64,000 bases of DNA from Flavobacterium sp. (GTDB lineage Bacteria > Bacteroidota > Bacteroidia > Flavobacteriales > Flavobacteriaceae): assembly GCA_031973615.1 (NCBI GenBank), contig DALYCS010000001.1:6708-70707 (forward strand). Direction: 5' to 3'. The notes beneath the pieces were generated by a model. It was not told where the DNA came from and made no database searches. It saw only the letters and a program-made list of their open reading frames with translations. Every line of letters starts with the position of its first letter. Within the stretch, counting starts at the first letter, position 1. A program made the position numbers and the translations under genes. Shown in pieces: positions 38,808-48,221 of the stretch.

Positions 38808-40985
38808 ATGAGTAAGAAACCCAAAAAATTAGGAAATAAACCCAAAGATTTCACAGCACAACTTTATAAAATACTCTCCAAAGAACCCACAAAATCCTAT
38901 AATTACAAACAAATTGCAGCGATATTAGAACTTTCAGATACCAAGAGCAGAAATGAAATTATTAGGGATTTAAAAATACTAAAATCACAAGATAAAATTC
39001 ATGAAACAGAGATTGGAAAATACCAAATAATTTCCAAAGCGGAGTATTATGAAGGAATTATTGATATGACATCTCGAAAGAACGGCTATTTTGTTTGTGA
39101 CGATTTAGAAGATGATGTATTTGTTCCGTTTATAAATTTAAATCATGCTTTAGATGGAGATAAAGTGAAAGCTTATATTTACAATAGAAGAAGTTCACGC
39201 AAACCAGAAGCAGAAGTTTTAGAAATTTTAGAACGGAAAAAAACTGAATTTGTTGGTGTAATTGATATTCAAAAAAACTTTGCTTTTGTTTCAACTACCA
39301 ATACTAAAATGTATACCGATATTTTTATCCCAAAAAATAAAATTGGTGCTGCAGAACATGGAGATGTTGTATTAGTAAATCTTGAAGATTGGCCTAAAAA
39401 AGCAGATTCTCCATTTGGTTCAGTACTAAAAGTATTAGGAAAACCAGGTGAACACAATACTGAAATTCATGCAATATTAGCCGAATACGGTTTACCGTAT
39501 GATTTTCCAATTGAAGTAGAAGCGTATGCGAATAAAATAGATACTTCAATAACCGAAGCAGAAATAAAAAAACGCCGCGATATGCGTGATGTTTTAACCT
39601 TTACCATTGATCCAAAAGATGCTAAAGATTTTGATGATGCGTTATCGTTTCAGGTTTTAGAAAATGGAAATTACGAAATCGGAGTTCATATTGCCGATGT
39701 TTCGCATTATCTTCAAGAAGGAACTATTTTAGATGATGAAGCTTATAATCGTGCTACTTCGGTGTATTTAGTAGATCGAGTAGTTCCAATGTTACCAGAA
39801 GTGTTATCTAATTTTGCATGTTCACTTCGACCACATGAAGAAAAATATACGTTTTCAGCGGTTTTTCAATTAAATAACAAAGCAGAAGTAGTGGATTCAT
39901 GGTTTGGTCGTACGGTAATTTATTCGGATCAACGTTTTGCGTATGAAGAAGCTCAGCATATTATAGAAAGTAAAATTGATAGTATTCCAGCCGAAATTTC
40001 ATTAACTGGTAATGAATATATTGTTCCAAAACCAATAGTTGATGCCACACTTAAAATGGATGAATTAGCAAAAATTCTAAGAAGAAAAAGAATGGCAGCT
40101 GGCGCAATTTCATTTGATAAAATAGAAGTAAAATTCAATTTAAACGAAGCAGCAGAACCTATTGGAGTATATTTTAAACAAAGTAAAGATGCGAATCATT
40201 TGATTGAGGAATTTATGTTGTTAGCCAATAGAAAAGTAGCAGAATTTATTGGAAAACAAAAGAAAACCTTTATTTATAGAATCCACGACGAACCAAATGA
40301 AGATAAATTAATCAATCTTCAAACTGTGATTACAAAGTTTGGATATTCTATTAATTTCCGTTCAAAAAAAGACATTTCGAGTTCGTTGAATAATTTACTT
40401 TTAGAAGTACAAGGTAAAAAAGAACAAAATTTAGTGGATACTCTTACAATTAGAAGTATGAGTAAAGCAGCATATTCAACTGAAAATATTGGTCACTATG
40501 GATTAGCATTTGATTATTACAGTCATTTTACTTCACCAATTCGTCGTTATCCCGATGTTATGGCACACCGATTATTACAACACTACATTGATGGTGGAAA
40601 AAGTGTGAATGAAGAAGAATACGAGGAGAAATGTGTGCATTCCTCGCAAATGGAAGGTTTAGCCGCTCAAGCCGAACGCGATTCTGTGAAATACATGCAA
40701 GTAAAATACATGCAAGATCATAAAGATCAAGAGTTTTTAGGGGTAATTTCTGGGGTAACTGAATGGGGAATTTATGTAGAAATCATCGAAAATAAATGCG
40801 AAGGAATGTGTAGAATTCGTGAAATTAGAGATGATTATTATACCTTTGACGACAAACAATATGCTTTGGTTGGTGAAGTTTCTAAAAATATGTTACAATT
40901 AGGAGACGAAATTTACGTTACAGTTAAAAATGCTGATTTAGTGAAAAAACAATTGGATTTTCATTATTTAAGAAAGAGAGAGTAA
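38808..40985 (+). CDS. rnr: Ribonuclease R
   Basis: FTIDPKDAKDFDDA, VHIADVSHY, LIEEFMLLAN and HFTSPIRRYPD motifs; S1 domain. Confidence 0.97.
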   Translation: MSKKPKKLGNKPKDFTAQLYKILSKEPTKSYNYKQIAAILELSDTKSRNEIIRDLKILKSQDKIHETEIGKYQIISKAEYYEGIIDMTSRKNGYFVCDDLEDDVFVPFINLNHALDGDKVKAYIYNRRSSRKPEAEVLEILERKKTEFVGVIDIQKNFAFVSTTNTKMYTDIFIPKNKIGAAEHGDVVLVNLEDWPKKADSPFGSVLKVLGKPGEHNTEIHAILAEYGLPYDFPIEVEAYANKIDTSITEAEIKKRRDMRDVLTFTIDPKDAKDFDDALSFQVLENGNYEIGVHIADVSHYLQEGTILDDEAYNRATSVYLVDRVVPMLPEVLSNFACSLRPHEEKYTFSAVFQLNNKAEVVDSWFGRTVIYSDQRFAYEEAQHIIESKIDSIPAEISLTGNEYIVPKPIVDATLKMDELAKILRRKRMAAGAISFDKIEVKFNLNEAAEPIGVYFKQSKDANHLIEEFMLLANRKVAEFIGKQKKTFIYRIHDEPNEDKLINLQTVITKFGYSINFRSKKDISSSLNNLLLEVQGKKEQNLVDTLTIRSMSKAAYSTENIGHYGLAFDYYSHFTSPIRRYPDVMAHRLLQHYIDGGKSVNEEEYEEKCVHSSQMEGLAAQAERDSVKYMQVKYMQDHKDQEFLGVISGVTEWGIYVEIIENKCEGMCRIREIRDDYYTFDDKQYALVGEVSKNMLQLGDEIYVTVKNADLVKKQLDFHYLRKRE

Positions 40986-41015
40986 TTTTAGTAAAAAGTA
41001 ATTAGTTTAAAAAAA

Positions 41016-41684
41016 ATGAAAAAAATAATTTATAGTTTATTGTTAATGAGTTCATTAACATATGCACAACTTGAAAAAAACGTAGGTGATTTTACTAAAG
41101 TTACCTCTTTTGATAAAATAGATGTTAACTTAGTAGCTGCTACTGAAAATAAAGTGGTATTAACAGGTGCTCATTCAAAAGATGTAGAATTAGTTAATAA
41201 GAATGGTGAATTAAAAATTAGAATGCCATTAATAAAAATGTTGTCGGGTTATTCGGTTTCTGCTACCGTTTATTATAAAAAAATAGAAGCAGTTGAAGCA
41301 AACGAAGGTAGTAGAATTACTTCAAAAGACACTATTTCTTCACTTAATTTTGATATTATTTGCAAAGAAGGATCAGATATTAAACTTACTAATTTACAAG
41401 CCGATCGTTTACAAATTCGTGTTTCACAAGGAAGTGTTGTTACTGTTATTGGAACTGTAAAAAATCAAGATGTTATATCGAATTCGGGTGGAAAATATGA
41501 CGGACAAGATTGTAAAACCGAACAAACAGAAGTTACTGTAAACGCGGGTGGAATGGCTTATGTGCATGCTTCCGATTTAGTGAATGCAAAAACAAGAGCT
41601 GGAGGAGAAATTACGATTTATGGTAAACCCAAGCAAACAATAGAAAAAAGTGTAGCCGGAGGATCTATTGAACAAGCAAAATAA
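41016..41684 (+). CDS. DUF2807 (head GIN domain) secreted protein
   Basis: Signal peptide and repetitive beta-helix pattern ending GGEITIYGKP. Confidence 0.8.
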   Translation: MKKIIYSLLLMSSLTYAQLEKNVGDFTKVTSFDKIDVNLVAATENKVVLTGAHSKDVELVNKNGELKIRMPLIKMLSGYSVSATVYYKKIEAVEANEGSRITSKDTISSLNFDIICKEGSDIKLTNLQADRLQIRVSQGSVVTVIGTVKNQDVISNSGGKYDGQDCKTEQTEVTVNAGGMAYVHASDLVNAKTRAGGEITIYGKPKQTIEKSVAGGSIEQAK

Positions 41685-41738
41685 CAGGAATAACGCTTCC
41701 GTATTTTGCTGGTAAATTTTTTGTAAATTCGTATATTA

Positions 41739-42440
41739 TTGATCGAACTAAATACCAAACACTTGATTGTACAAGACATTTTAGCGGCTATTCCCTGGGG
41801 TTTTTTACTTGCCATTTCTATTGGCCCTGGTTTTTTTGTATTATTAGAAACCAGTATTACTAAAGGATTTAAAGCAGCTTTTACGTTAGATTGTGGGATC
41901 ATTTTTAGTGATATTATTTTTATCTTAATTGCTTATTTTGCTTCCAATCAAATTTTAGCACAGTTCAAAGACAATCCAAATTTATATATTATTGGCGGAT
42001 CAATAATGTCAGTTTATGGTGTGATTTCCTATATACAATTGAAGAAAAAATTTGAGATTGATGAGGATAAAGATATTGATGATATCCCTAATAATAATTA
42101 CCTAGGTTTATTTTTTAAAGGCTTTTTCTTAAATGTAATTAATATCGGTATTTTAGGTTTTTGGATGATGGTCATCATCACACAAGGGCCTCGTTTACAA
42201 ATGGTACCATCCCGTGTTTTCACTTTTTTTGTAGCTACTTTATTTTTTTATTTAGCTATTGATGTGGTAAAAATCATCTTAGCCAAACAATTAAAACACC
42301 GTTTAACACCTGTAAATATCTACAAAATCAAAAGAGTTATTAGTTTTATTTTAATCATTTTTGGGGTGTTCTTTTTATTACAAGGCGTATTTCCAGGATT
42401 TAAAGAGAAAGTGGTTCACGAAATAGAGGTAACCCGTTAA
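41739..42440 (+). CDS. LysE family translocator
   Basis: AISIGPGFFVLLETSITKGF and FFKGFFLNVIN motifs; about 6 TMs. Confidence 0.82.
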   Translation: MIELNTKHLIVQDILAAIPWGFLLAISIGPGFFVLLETSITKGFKAAFTLDCGIIFSDIIFILIAYFASNQILAQFKDNPNLYIIGGSIMSVYGVISYIQLKKKFEIDEDKDIDDIPNNNYLGLFFKGFFLNVINIGILGFWMMVIITQGPRLQMVPSRVFTFFVATLFFYLAIDVVKIILAKQLKHRLTPVNIYKIKRVISFILIIFGVFFLLQGVFPGFKEKVVHEIEVTR

Positions 42441-42489
42441 TTTTTAAATAATGATCAAAAAAAACCTCCTAATTTCTTAGAAGGTTTTG

Positions 42490-42560
42490 AGGCATCGTCC
42501 GGATTCGAACCGGAGTAGACGGTTTTGCAGACCGCTGCCTAGCCGCTCGGCCACGACGCC
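42490..42560 (-). tRNA. tRNA-Cys (GCA); CCA not encoded
   Basis: Minus strand GGCGTCGTGGCCGAGCGGCTAGGCAGCGGTCTGCAAAACCGTCTACTCCGGTTCGAATCCGGACGATGCCT folds to a cloverleaf with GCA anticodon, TTCGAAT T-loop and U discriminator. Confidence 0.96.
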
Positions 42561-42682
42561 ATTGTTTGAACGGACTGCAAATTTACATTTTATTTCCTCT
42601 TTTCCAAAAATAATATCTATTTATTAAGTAGAAATAATTCGTTTTTAAGTTTACTTTTGCACTACATTATAGTCCATTAGTT

Positions 42683-44602
42683 ATGAAGAATTTACGTTTT
42701 CTTAAACCAATAATAAGTTATTTTTGTATTGGGTTAATCATTACAACCTCGAGTAGAATACTATTGTTCTTAATTTTTAAAGAACGCGTAGTTGAAAATG
42801 AAAATTATAGCCAGTTATTTAGTATTGGATTGCGGTTCGATATTATTCTATTAAGTTATACTGCATTTTTTCCTACCCTGCTGATTTTATTATTACCAGA
42901 TACTATATTACAAAAGATTAAAAAATTTATAAACGTTTATTTTATTTTCTTTTTATTCTTGTTTTTTTTGATGGAATTAGCCACACTCGATTTTATCAAA
43001 CAATATGATACACGCCCTAATAGGTTGTTTCTAGATTATTTAATTTATCCTAAAGAAGTAATAGGAACCTTATTAAAAAGCTATTTACCGTCTTTACTTA
43101 TCTCTGCCATTTTATTAAACAGTGCCCTTTATTTTGCCTTGAAACATGGTAAAAAAATATTTTATCCTGTGGCAGGTAATTATAAAACAAAGCTAATATT
43201 ATTTCCTGTAATTGCTTTTTTGATGGTTTTTGGAGCCCGCGGCAGTTTAACGTCAAAACGCCCTATAAATGCAAGTAATGCCATTTTTTGTTCGGACCAA
43301 ATGACCAATTCGTTAGGATTAAATTCATTGTATACTGTAGCTTTTGCTGCTTATGCCATGAAAAGCGAAGGTGATGTAAAAAAGTATGGAAAAATGGATG
43401 AGTTGGAAGCGTATTCAAGAGTAAAAAAATACATGGATATTTCTAATTTTTCTTCAGTTAGTAATCCTTTTTTGCATACCGTTACTCCAGATACTATTCA
43501 ACCGAAGTATAACGTGGTTGTTTTTTTACAAGAAAGTTTAGGTGCCGAATATGTGGGTTGTTTGAATGGTTTACCATTAACACCACAATTGGATAAATTA
43601 AGCAAAGAAGGGCTGTTGTTTACGAATCTATATTGTACAGGTACACGAAGTGTTAGAGGTATTGAACAGGTTACCTCTGGATTTTTACCCAATCCTTCTG
43701 AGAGCGTTGTAAAATTAAGTGGATCTCAACAAGGATTTTTCACCTTGGCTGAAGCTTTTGGAAAACAAAATTACGATACCAGTTTTATTTATGGAGGCAT
43801 GGCAAATTTTGATAATATGGCTTCTTTTTTCAATGGAAACGGATTTAAAAATATTATTGATGAAACCGATTTTGACGCCGATGGAAAAAAATATGCTATG
43901 AAAGGAACTTGGGGATATTGTGACGAAGATTTAGCAGTAAAAGCCAATGATTATTTTAAATCATTAGGAAGAAAGTCGTTCTTTTCTCTAATGTTTTCTA
44001 CCTCCAACCATGAACCTTTTGAGTTTCCTGACGGAAGAATAAAATTACACGAACAACCAAAAAACACTGTAAATAACGCCATGAAATATGCCGATTTTTC
44101 TATCGGAAAATTCTTCGAATTAGCAAAAAAAGAGGCTTATTTTAAAAACACTATTTTTGTGGTAATTGCTGATCACAATACCAGAACCTATGGTAAAAGC
44201 TTGGTACCAATCAATAAATTCCATATCCCGGCTTTGATTATTGCGCCCAATGTAAAAAAAGGAACAACCTATGATCAATTGGCCAGTCAAATGGATATTC
44301 CTTCTACGGTTTTAGCATTATCTGGAATCACCACAAAATCGCCAATGCCGGGACGTAATTTGATAAAATTACCCAAAGGAACCAAAGGACGAACCATAAT
44401 GTTGTTTCATGAAACGTATGCGTTTCGTGTTGAAAACGATGTAATCATCATGAATCCAAATAGCAAACCTTTGCAGTTTAAAGTAAAGAGTGATACCGAA
44501 CTAATTCCTGCTCCTTTGAACGAAGAATTAGCCAAAGATGCCCTGGCTCATATTGTAGCCTCGAGTAATTTGTATAAAAATAGAGCTTATAAATCGGAAT
44601 AA
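42683..44602 (+). CDS. LTA synthase / sulfatase-fold membrane phosphotransferase
   Basis: About 5 N-terminal TMs; NVVVFLQES, TRSVRG, TSNHEP and ADH motifs. Confidence 0.88.
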   Translation: MKNLRFLKPIISYFCIGLIITTSSRILLFLIFKERVVENENYSQLFSIGLRFDIILLSYTAFFPTLLILLLPDTILQKIKKFINVYFIFFLFLFFLMELATLDFIKQYDTRPNRLFLDYLIYPKEVIGTLLKSYLPSLLISAILLNSALYFALKHGKKIFYPVAGNYKTKLILFPVIAFLMVFGARGSLTSKRPINASNAIFCSDQMTNSLGLNSLYTVAFAAYAMKSEGDVKKYGKMDELEAYSRVKKYMDISNFSSVSNPFLHTVTPDTIQPKYNVVVFLQESLGAEYVGCLNGLPLTPQLDKLSKEGLLFTNLYCTGTRSVRGIEQVTSGFLPNPSESVVKLSGSQQGFFTLAEAFGKQNYDTSFIYGGMANFDNMASFFNGNGFKNIIDETDFDADGKKYAMKGTWGYCDEDLAVKANDYFKSLGRKSFFSLMFSTSNHEPFEFPDGRIKLHEQPKNTVNNAMKYADFSIGKFFELAKKEAYFKNTIFVVIADHNTRTYGKSLVPINKFHIPALIIAPNVKKGTTYDQLASQMDIPSTVLALSGITTKSPMPGRNLIKLPKGTKGRTIMLFHETYAFRVENDVIIMNPNSKPLQFKVKSDTELIPAPLNEELAKDALAHIVASSNLYKNRAYKSE

Positions 44603-44618
44603 GTGTAATGAGCAACGG

Positions 44619-44978
44619 TTAGTTTCTGTATTCTTCCATTTCAATGGTAACTGCTTCTACATCTCCCCCAATAGGCGGATTCAATTTTGATACCGCTAAC
44701 TTGATTCGAGATATGGATGGAATTTCTGAAAAACATCGTTTGATGATCCTTTGGCCCACATGTTCTAATAATCTAGAACGTATTGCCATTTCGTCTACTA
44801 CAATTTTATTTAGAACAACATAATCTACGGTGTCGGTTAGTTCATCAGATTGTGCTGATTTTCGCAAGTCTGTTTTTATTTCTAAATCCACGCGGTAATT
44901 GGATCCTATTTTAGCTTCTTCCACCAAACAACCGTGATACGAAAAGGTTCTGATGTTTTGTAATTTAATTATTCCCAT
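44619..44978 (-). CDS. folB: Dihydroneopterin aldolase
   Basis: YHGCL.EE, DTVDY, LLEHV and KLNPP motifs. Confidence 0.95.
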   Translation of the reverse strand: MGIIKLQNIRTFSYHGCLVEEAKIGSNYRVDLEIKTDLRKSAQSDELTDTVDYVVLNKIVVDEMAIRSRLLEHVGQRIIKRCFSEIPSISRIKLAVSKLNPPIGGDVEAVTIEMEEYRN

Positions 44979-45109
44979 AAAATTTTAGTATCAAGTTTGA
45001 GGTTTTTTGGTTTCAAGTTGTTTTCTTTATCCAAAGTTACATAAAACCTGTAACTTTTAAACTTGAAACTTGAAACATTTTCTATCTTTGCATAAAACAT
45101 AGAAAAACA

Positions 45110-46795
45110 ATGTCAGCAGAAGATAAATCACTGAATTTTATAGAACAAATCATTGAAGACGATTTAAAAAATGGTTTGAGCCAAGATAAATTACGTTTTC
45201 GATTTCCTCCCGAACCTAATGGATATTTACATGTGGGTCATGCGAGTGCCATTTGCTTAAATTTTGGTTTAGGAATCGATTATAAAGCGCCTGTAAATCT
45301 TCGTTTTGACGATACCAATCCTTCAAAAGAAGAACAAGAATATGTTGATGCCATCAAACGCGATATAGAATGGTTGGGTTTTCAATGGGATAAAGAATGT
45401 TATGCTTCTGATTATTTCCAACAATTGTATGATTGGGCAGTGGAATTGATCAAAAAAGACAAAGCCTATGTGGATAGCCAAACGTCAGAAGAAATGGCAC
45501 AACAAAAAGGTACTCCAACTACCCCAGGAACAGATTCGCCTTATAGAACCCGTTCTATAGAAGAGAATTTGGATTTATTTACCCGCATGAAAAACGGTGA
45601 ATTTGAAAAAGGAACTCATGTTTTGCGTGCTAAAATATCAATGGGAGCTAATAATATGTTGATGCGTGATCCAATTATATATCGCATCATGCATGCACAC
45701 CACCATAGAACTGGGAACGATTGGTGTATTTATCCAATGTATGACTGGGCGCATGGAGAAAGTGATTATTTAGAACAAATTTCACATTCCTTCTGTACTT
45801 TAGAATTTTTACCCCATCGTGAATTATACGATTGGTTTTTGAACCAAATATATGATTCCACAAAAGTACGTCCTAAGCAAAGGGAGTTTGCCAGAAGAAA
45901 TTTATCGCATACAGTTGTTTCTAAACGAAAATTATTACAATTAGTAGAAGAAAAGCATGTAACTGGATGGGATGATCCTAGAATGAGTACGATTTCAGGA
46001 ATGAGAAGACGTGGCTATACACCTACAGCTATTCGAAATTTTGCCAACACGATTGGAATTGCAAAACGCGATAATTTAATTGATGTTTCGCTATTAGAAT
46101 TTTGTGTACGCGAAGATTTAAATAAAATAACACCCCGTGTGATGGCTGTTTTAGATCCTGTAAAACTAGTAATCACTAACTATCCTGACGGTCAAGAAGA
46201 ATGGTTAGAAGCTGAAAATAATCCAGAAGAAGCGGTAATGACTTACAGAAAAGTACCTTTTTCAAAAGAAATATATATCGAACGAGAAGATTTTCAAGAA
46301 GAAGCGCACAAGAAATTCTTCCGTTTGACTTTAGGAACCGAAGTACGATTGAAAAACGCCTATATCATCAAAGGAGAATCGGTTGTGAAAGATGAACACG
46401 GAAATATTACTGAAATTCACGCTACATATGACGTTGAGTCAAAATCAGGAAGTGGCACAGAAGCCAGTCAAAGAAAGGTAAAAGGAACCATTCATTGGGT
46501 TTCTATTCCTCACGCAAAAGAAGCTGAAGTTCGTGTGTATGATAGACTATTCACCAACGAAAGTCCAGATAAAGATAAAGAAGTTGATTTTAAAGAATTT
46601 ATAAATCCAAATTCATTAAAAATAATTACAGGTTATGTTGAGCCAAGTTTACAAACTGCTAAAGAACTAGATCATTTTCAATTTCAGCGTTTAGGGTATT
46701 TTTGTGTAGACAGAGATTCAACAGCTCAAAAATTAGTTTTTAACAAAACGGTTGGATTAAGAGATACTTGGGCAAAAATTTCAGAACAACAATAA
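45110..46795 (+). CDS. glnS: Glutamine--tRNA ligase
   Basis: RFPPEPNGYLHVGH, YPMYDWAHG, VVSKRKL, WDDPRM and FQFQRLGYF motifs. Confidence 0.97.
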   Translation: MSAEDKSLNFIEQIIEDDLKNGLSQDKLRFRFPPEPNGYLHVGHASAICLNFGLGIDYKAPVNLRFDDTNPSKEEQEYVDAIKRDIEWLGFQWDKECYASDYFQQLYDWAVELIKKDKAYVDSQTSEEMAQQKGTPTTPGTDSPYRTRSIEENLDLFTRMKNGEFEKGTHVLRAKISMGANNMLMRDPIIYRIMHAHHHRTGNDWCIYPMYDWAHGESDYLEQISHSFCTLEFLPHRELYDWFLNQIYDSTKVRPKQREFARRNLSHTVVSKRKLLQLVEEKHVTGWDDPRMSTISGMRRRGYTPTAIRNFANTIGIAKRDNLIDVSLLEFCVREDLNKITPRVMAVLDPVKLVITNYPDGQEEWLEAENNPEEAVMTYRKVPFSKEIYIEREDFQEEAHKKFFRLTLGTEVRLKNAYIIKGESVVKDEHGNITEIHATYDVESKSGSGTEASQRKVKGTIHWVSIPHAKEAEVRVYDRLFTNESPDKDKEVDFKEFINPNSLKIITGYVEPSLQTAKELDHFQFQRLGYFCVDRDSTAQKLVFNKTVGLRDTWAKISEQQ

Positions 46796-46836
46796 TATAC
46801 TATTCTTAAATTTTTTAGAAACTAAAATAATATTTC

Positions 46837-46870
46837 AAACCTGCACGGTATTTTTCCTTGTAGGTTTTTT
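46837..46870 (+). terminator. Probable terminator after glnS
   Basis: AAACCTGCA...TGTAGGTTTTTT imperfect hairpin with T-tract. Confidence 0.55.
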
Positions 46871-47050
46871 ATTTTTATACAATTTTGTTGTTATTATTAA
46901 AAACTATAGTAATCCAATTTTTAATAATTAGAAACTTTTAAAAAAGACTTTTATAAGTAAGTTTTAGGAGAATATCTCTTTTAAGCAAGGTGTTTTTATA
47001 TGTTTATATAAGAAATCGTGTTAAATCAAACGTATTACGTTTTATCAACA

Positions 47051-47088
47051 AAAAAACCGTCAATAGTATAAATTGACGGTTTGGTTTT
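47051..47088 (-). terminator. Terminator downstream of the SPFH gene
   Basis: AAACCGTCAAT...ATTGACGGTTT hairpin preceded by an A-tract. Confidence 0.7.
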
Positions 47089-47139
47089 GTCAATCTGAAC
47101 TTGATTACTTTGTCAGTTCGTAAGCTCGGGTCAGATTCT
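47088..47139. repeat. REP-like hairpin apparently interrupted by a 25-bp insert
   Basis: TGTCAATCTGAACTTGAT[TACTTTGTCAGTTCGTAAGCTCGGG]TCAGATTCT; removing the bracket restores AATCTGAA-cttga-TTCAGATT. Confidence 0.5.
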
Positions 47140-47148
47140 AAACAAGTA

Positions 47149-48123
47149 TTAAGCCTCGCTAGTGTCGCTTGGATTAAAATCGGTTGCTGTATTGTCATTT
47201 TTTTTCTTGACACGTTTCGGTTGATTTTTCATCGTTTCCCCAATTTGATTACTTGCAGTAAAACTCGCTACCATATTATTCAACATATCACTTCCTGCTT
47301 GAGGAGAATTAGGCAACAAAATTAAGTTCGAATTGGTATCAGCGCCAATAGCTTGTAATGTGTCATAATGTTGGGTTACCACAATCAAAGCAGATGCTTC
47401 TTGTGAATTAATACCAACACTGTTTAGCACTTCAACACTTTCGACAAGACCACGCGCAATTTCTCTTCGTTGGTCTGCAATTCCTTGTCCTTGTAGTTTC
47501 TTACTTTCTGCTTCTGCTTTGGCTTTGGCAACAATTCGGATGCGTTGTGCTTCCGATTCAAATTCAGCGGCTGTTTTTTCACGATCTGCAGCATTGATTC
47601 GGTTCATCGCATTTTTTACTTGAATATCCGGATCAATATCGGTCACCAAGGTATTAATAATATCATAACCGTATGCCATCATAGATTCGTTTAATTCCCG
47701 TTTTACCGCTATCGCAATATCGTCTTTTCGTAAAAAAACATCATCTAAAATTAACTTAGGAACTTCCGCGCGCACTACATCGAAAACATAAGCTGTAATT
47801 TGATCGTGCGGATACTCTAATTTGTAAAAAGCTTCGTAAACTTTACTTTGAATTACGTTAAACTGAACCGAAACTTTCATTTTAATAAATACGTTGTCTT
47901 TAGTTTTCGTTTCAATAATAACGTCTAATTGCTGAATTCTTAAATTTACTCTACCAGCAATGCGATCAATTACAGGAATTTTTAATTGTAAACCAGAACT
48001 TCTAATGCTTGTAAATTTTCCAAATCGTTCTATAACAACAGCTGTTTGTTGTTTTACCGTAAAGAATGAAGAAAAAAAGACAATCAAACCAATGAAAATA
48101 ATAGGGAACATGATAAACTCCAT
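47149..48123 (-). CDS. SPFH / band 7 (stomatin-like) membrane protein
   Basis: N-terminal TM; VIERFGKF, ETKTKDNVF and AKAEAE coiled coil. Confidence 0.92.
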   Translation of the reverse strand: MEFIMFPIIFIGLIVFFSSFFTVKQQTAVVIERFGKFTSIRSSGLQLKIPVIDRIAGRVNLRIQQLDVIIETKTKDNVFIKMKVSVQFNVIQSKVYEAFYKLEYPHDQITAYVFDVVRAEVPKLILDDVFLRKDDIAIAVKRELNESMMAYGYDIINTLVTDIDPDIQVKNAMNRINAADREKTAAEFESEAQRIRIVAKAKAEAESKKLQGQGIADQRREIARGLVESVEVLNSVGINSQEASALIVVTQHYDTLQAIGADTNSNLILLPNSPQAGSDMLNNMVASFTASNQIGETMKNQPKRVKKKNDNTATDFNPSDTSEA

Positions 48124-48190
48124 AATTTTTAGTTTTTAAAATTTGTAATTATACGCTGCATTTCATAAAAAGTTACAGCGGTTATGAAAT

Positions 48191-48218
48191 AAAAAAGCCC
48201 CTGAATTTCAGGGGCTTT
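48191..48218 (-). terminator. Terminator after gltX
   Basis: AAAGCCCCTGAA-t-TTCAGGGGCTTT hairpin with A-tract on the + strand. Confidence 0.85.
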
Positions 48219-48221
48219 GCT

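Noticed and set aside
42441..42560. tRNA-Cys as an integration site for an island
   Set aside because: No integrase and no duplicated tRNA 3' end seen; flanking genes look like ordinary chromosomal genes
44403..44416. TGTTTCATGAAACG and other partial parS look-alikes (near 35266 and 60576)
   Set aside because: Missing the central CG or carrying four or more mismatches; inside coding sequence
47152..47175. SPFH C-terminal NPSDTSEA codons as a third copy of the small repeat
   Set aside because: Only loose similarity and lacks the CGAACTGA core; cannot be separated from chance by eye
47004..47325. Two short ORFs (47004-47213 minus, 47101-47325 plus)
   Set aside because: They span the terminator and repeat region and overlap the SPFH gene; no coding evidence
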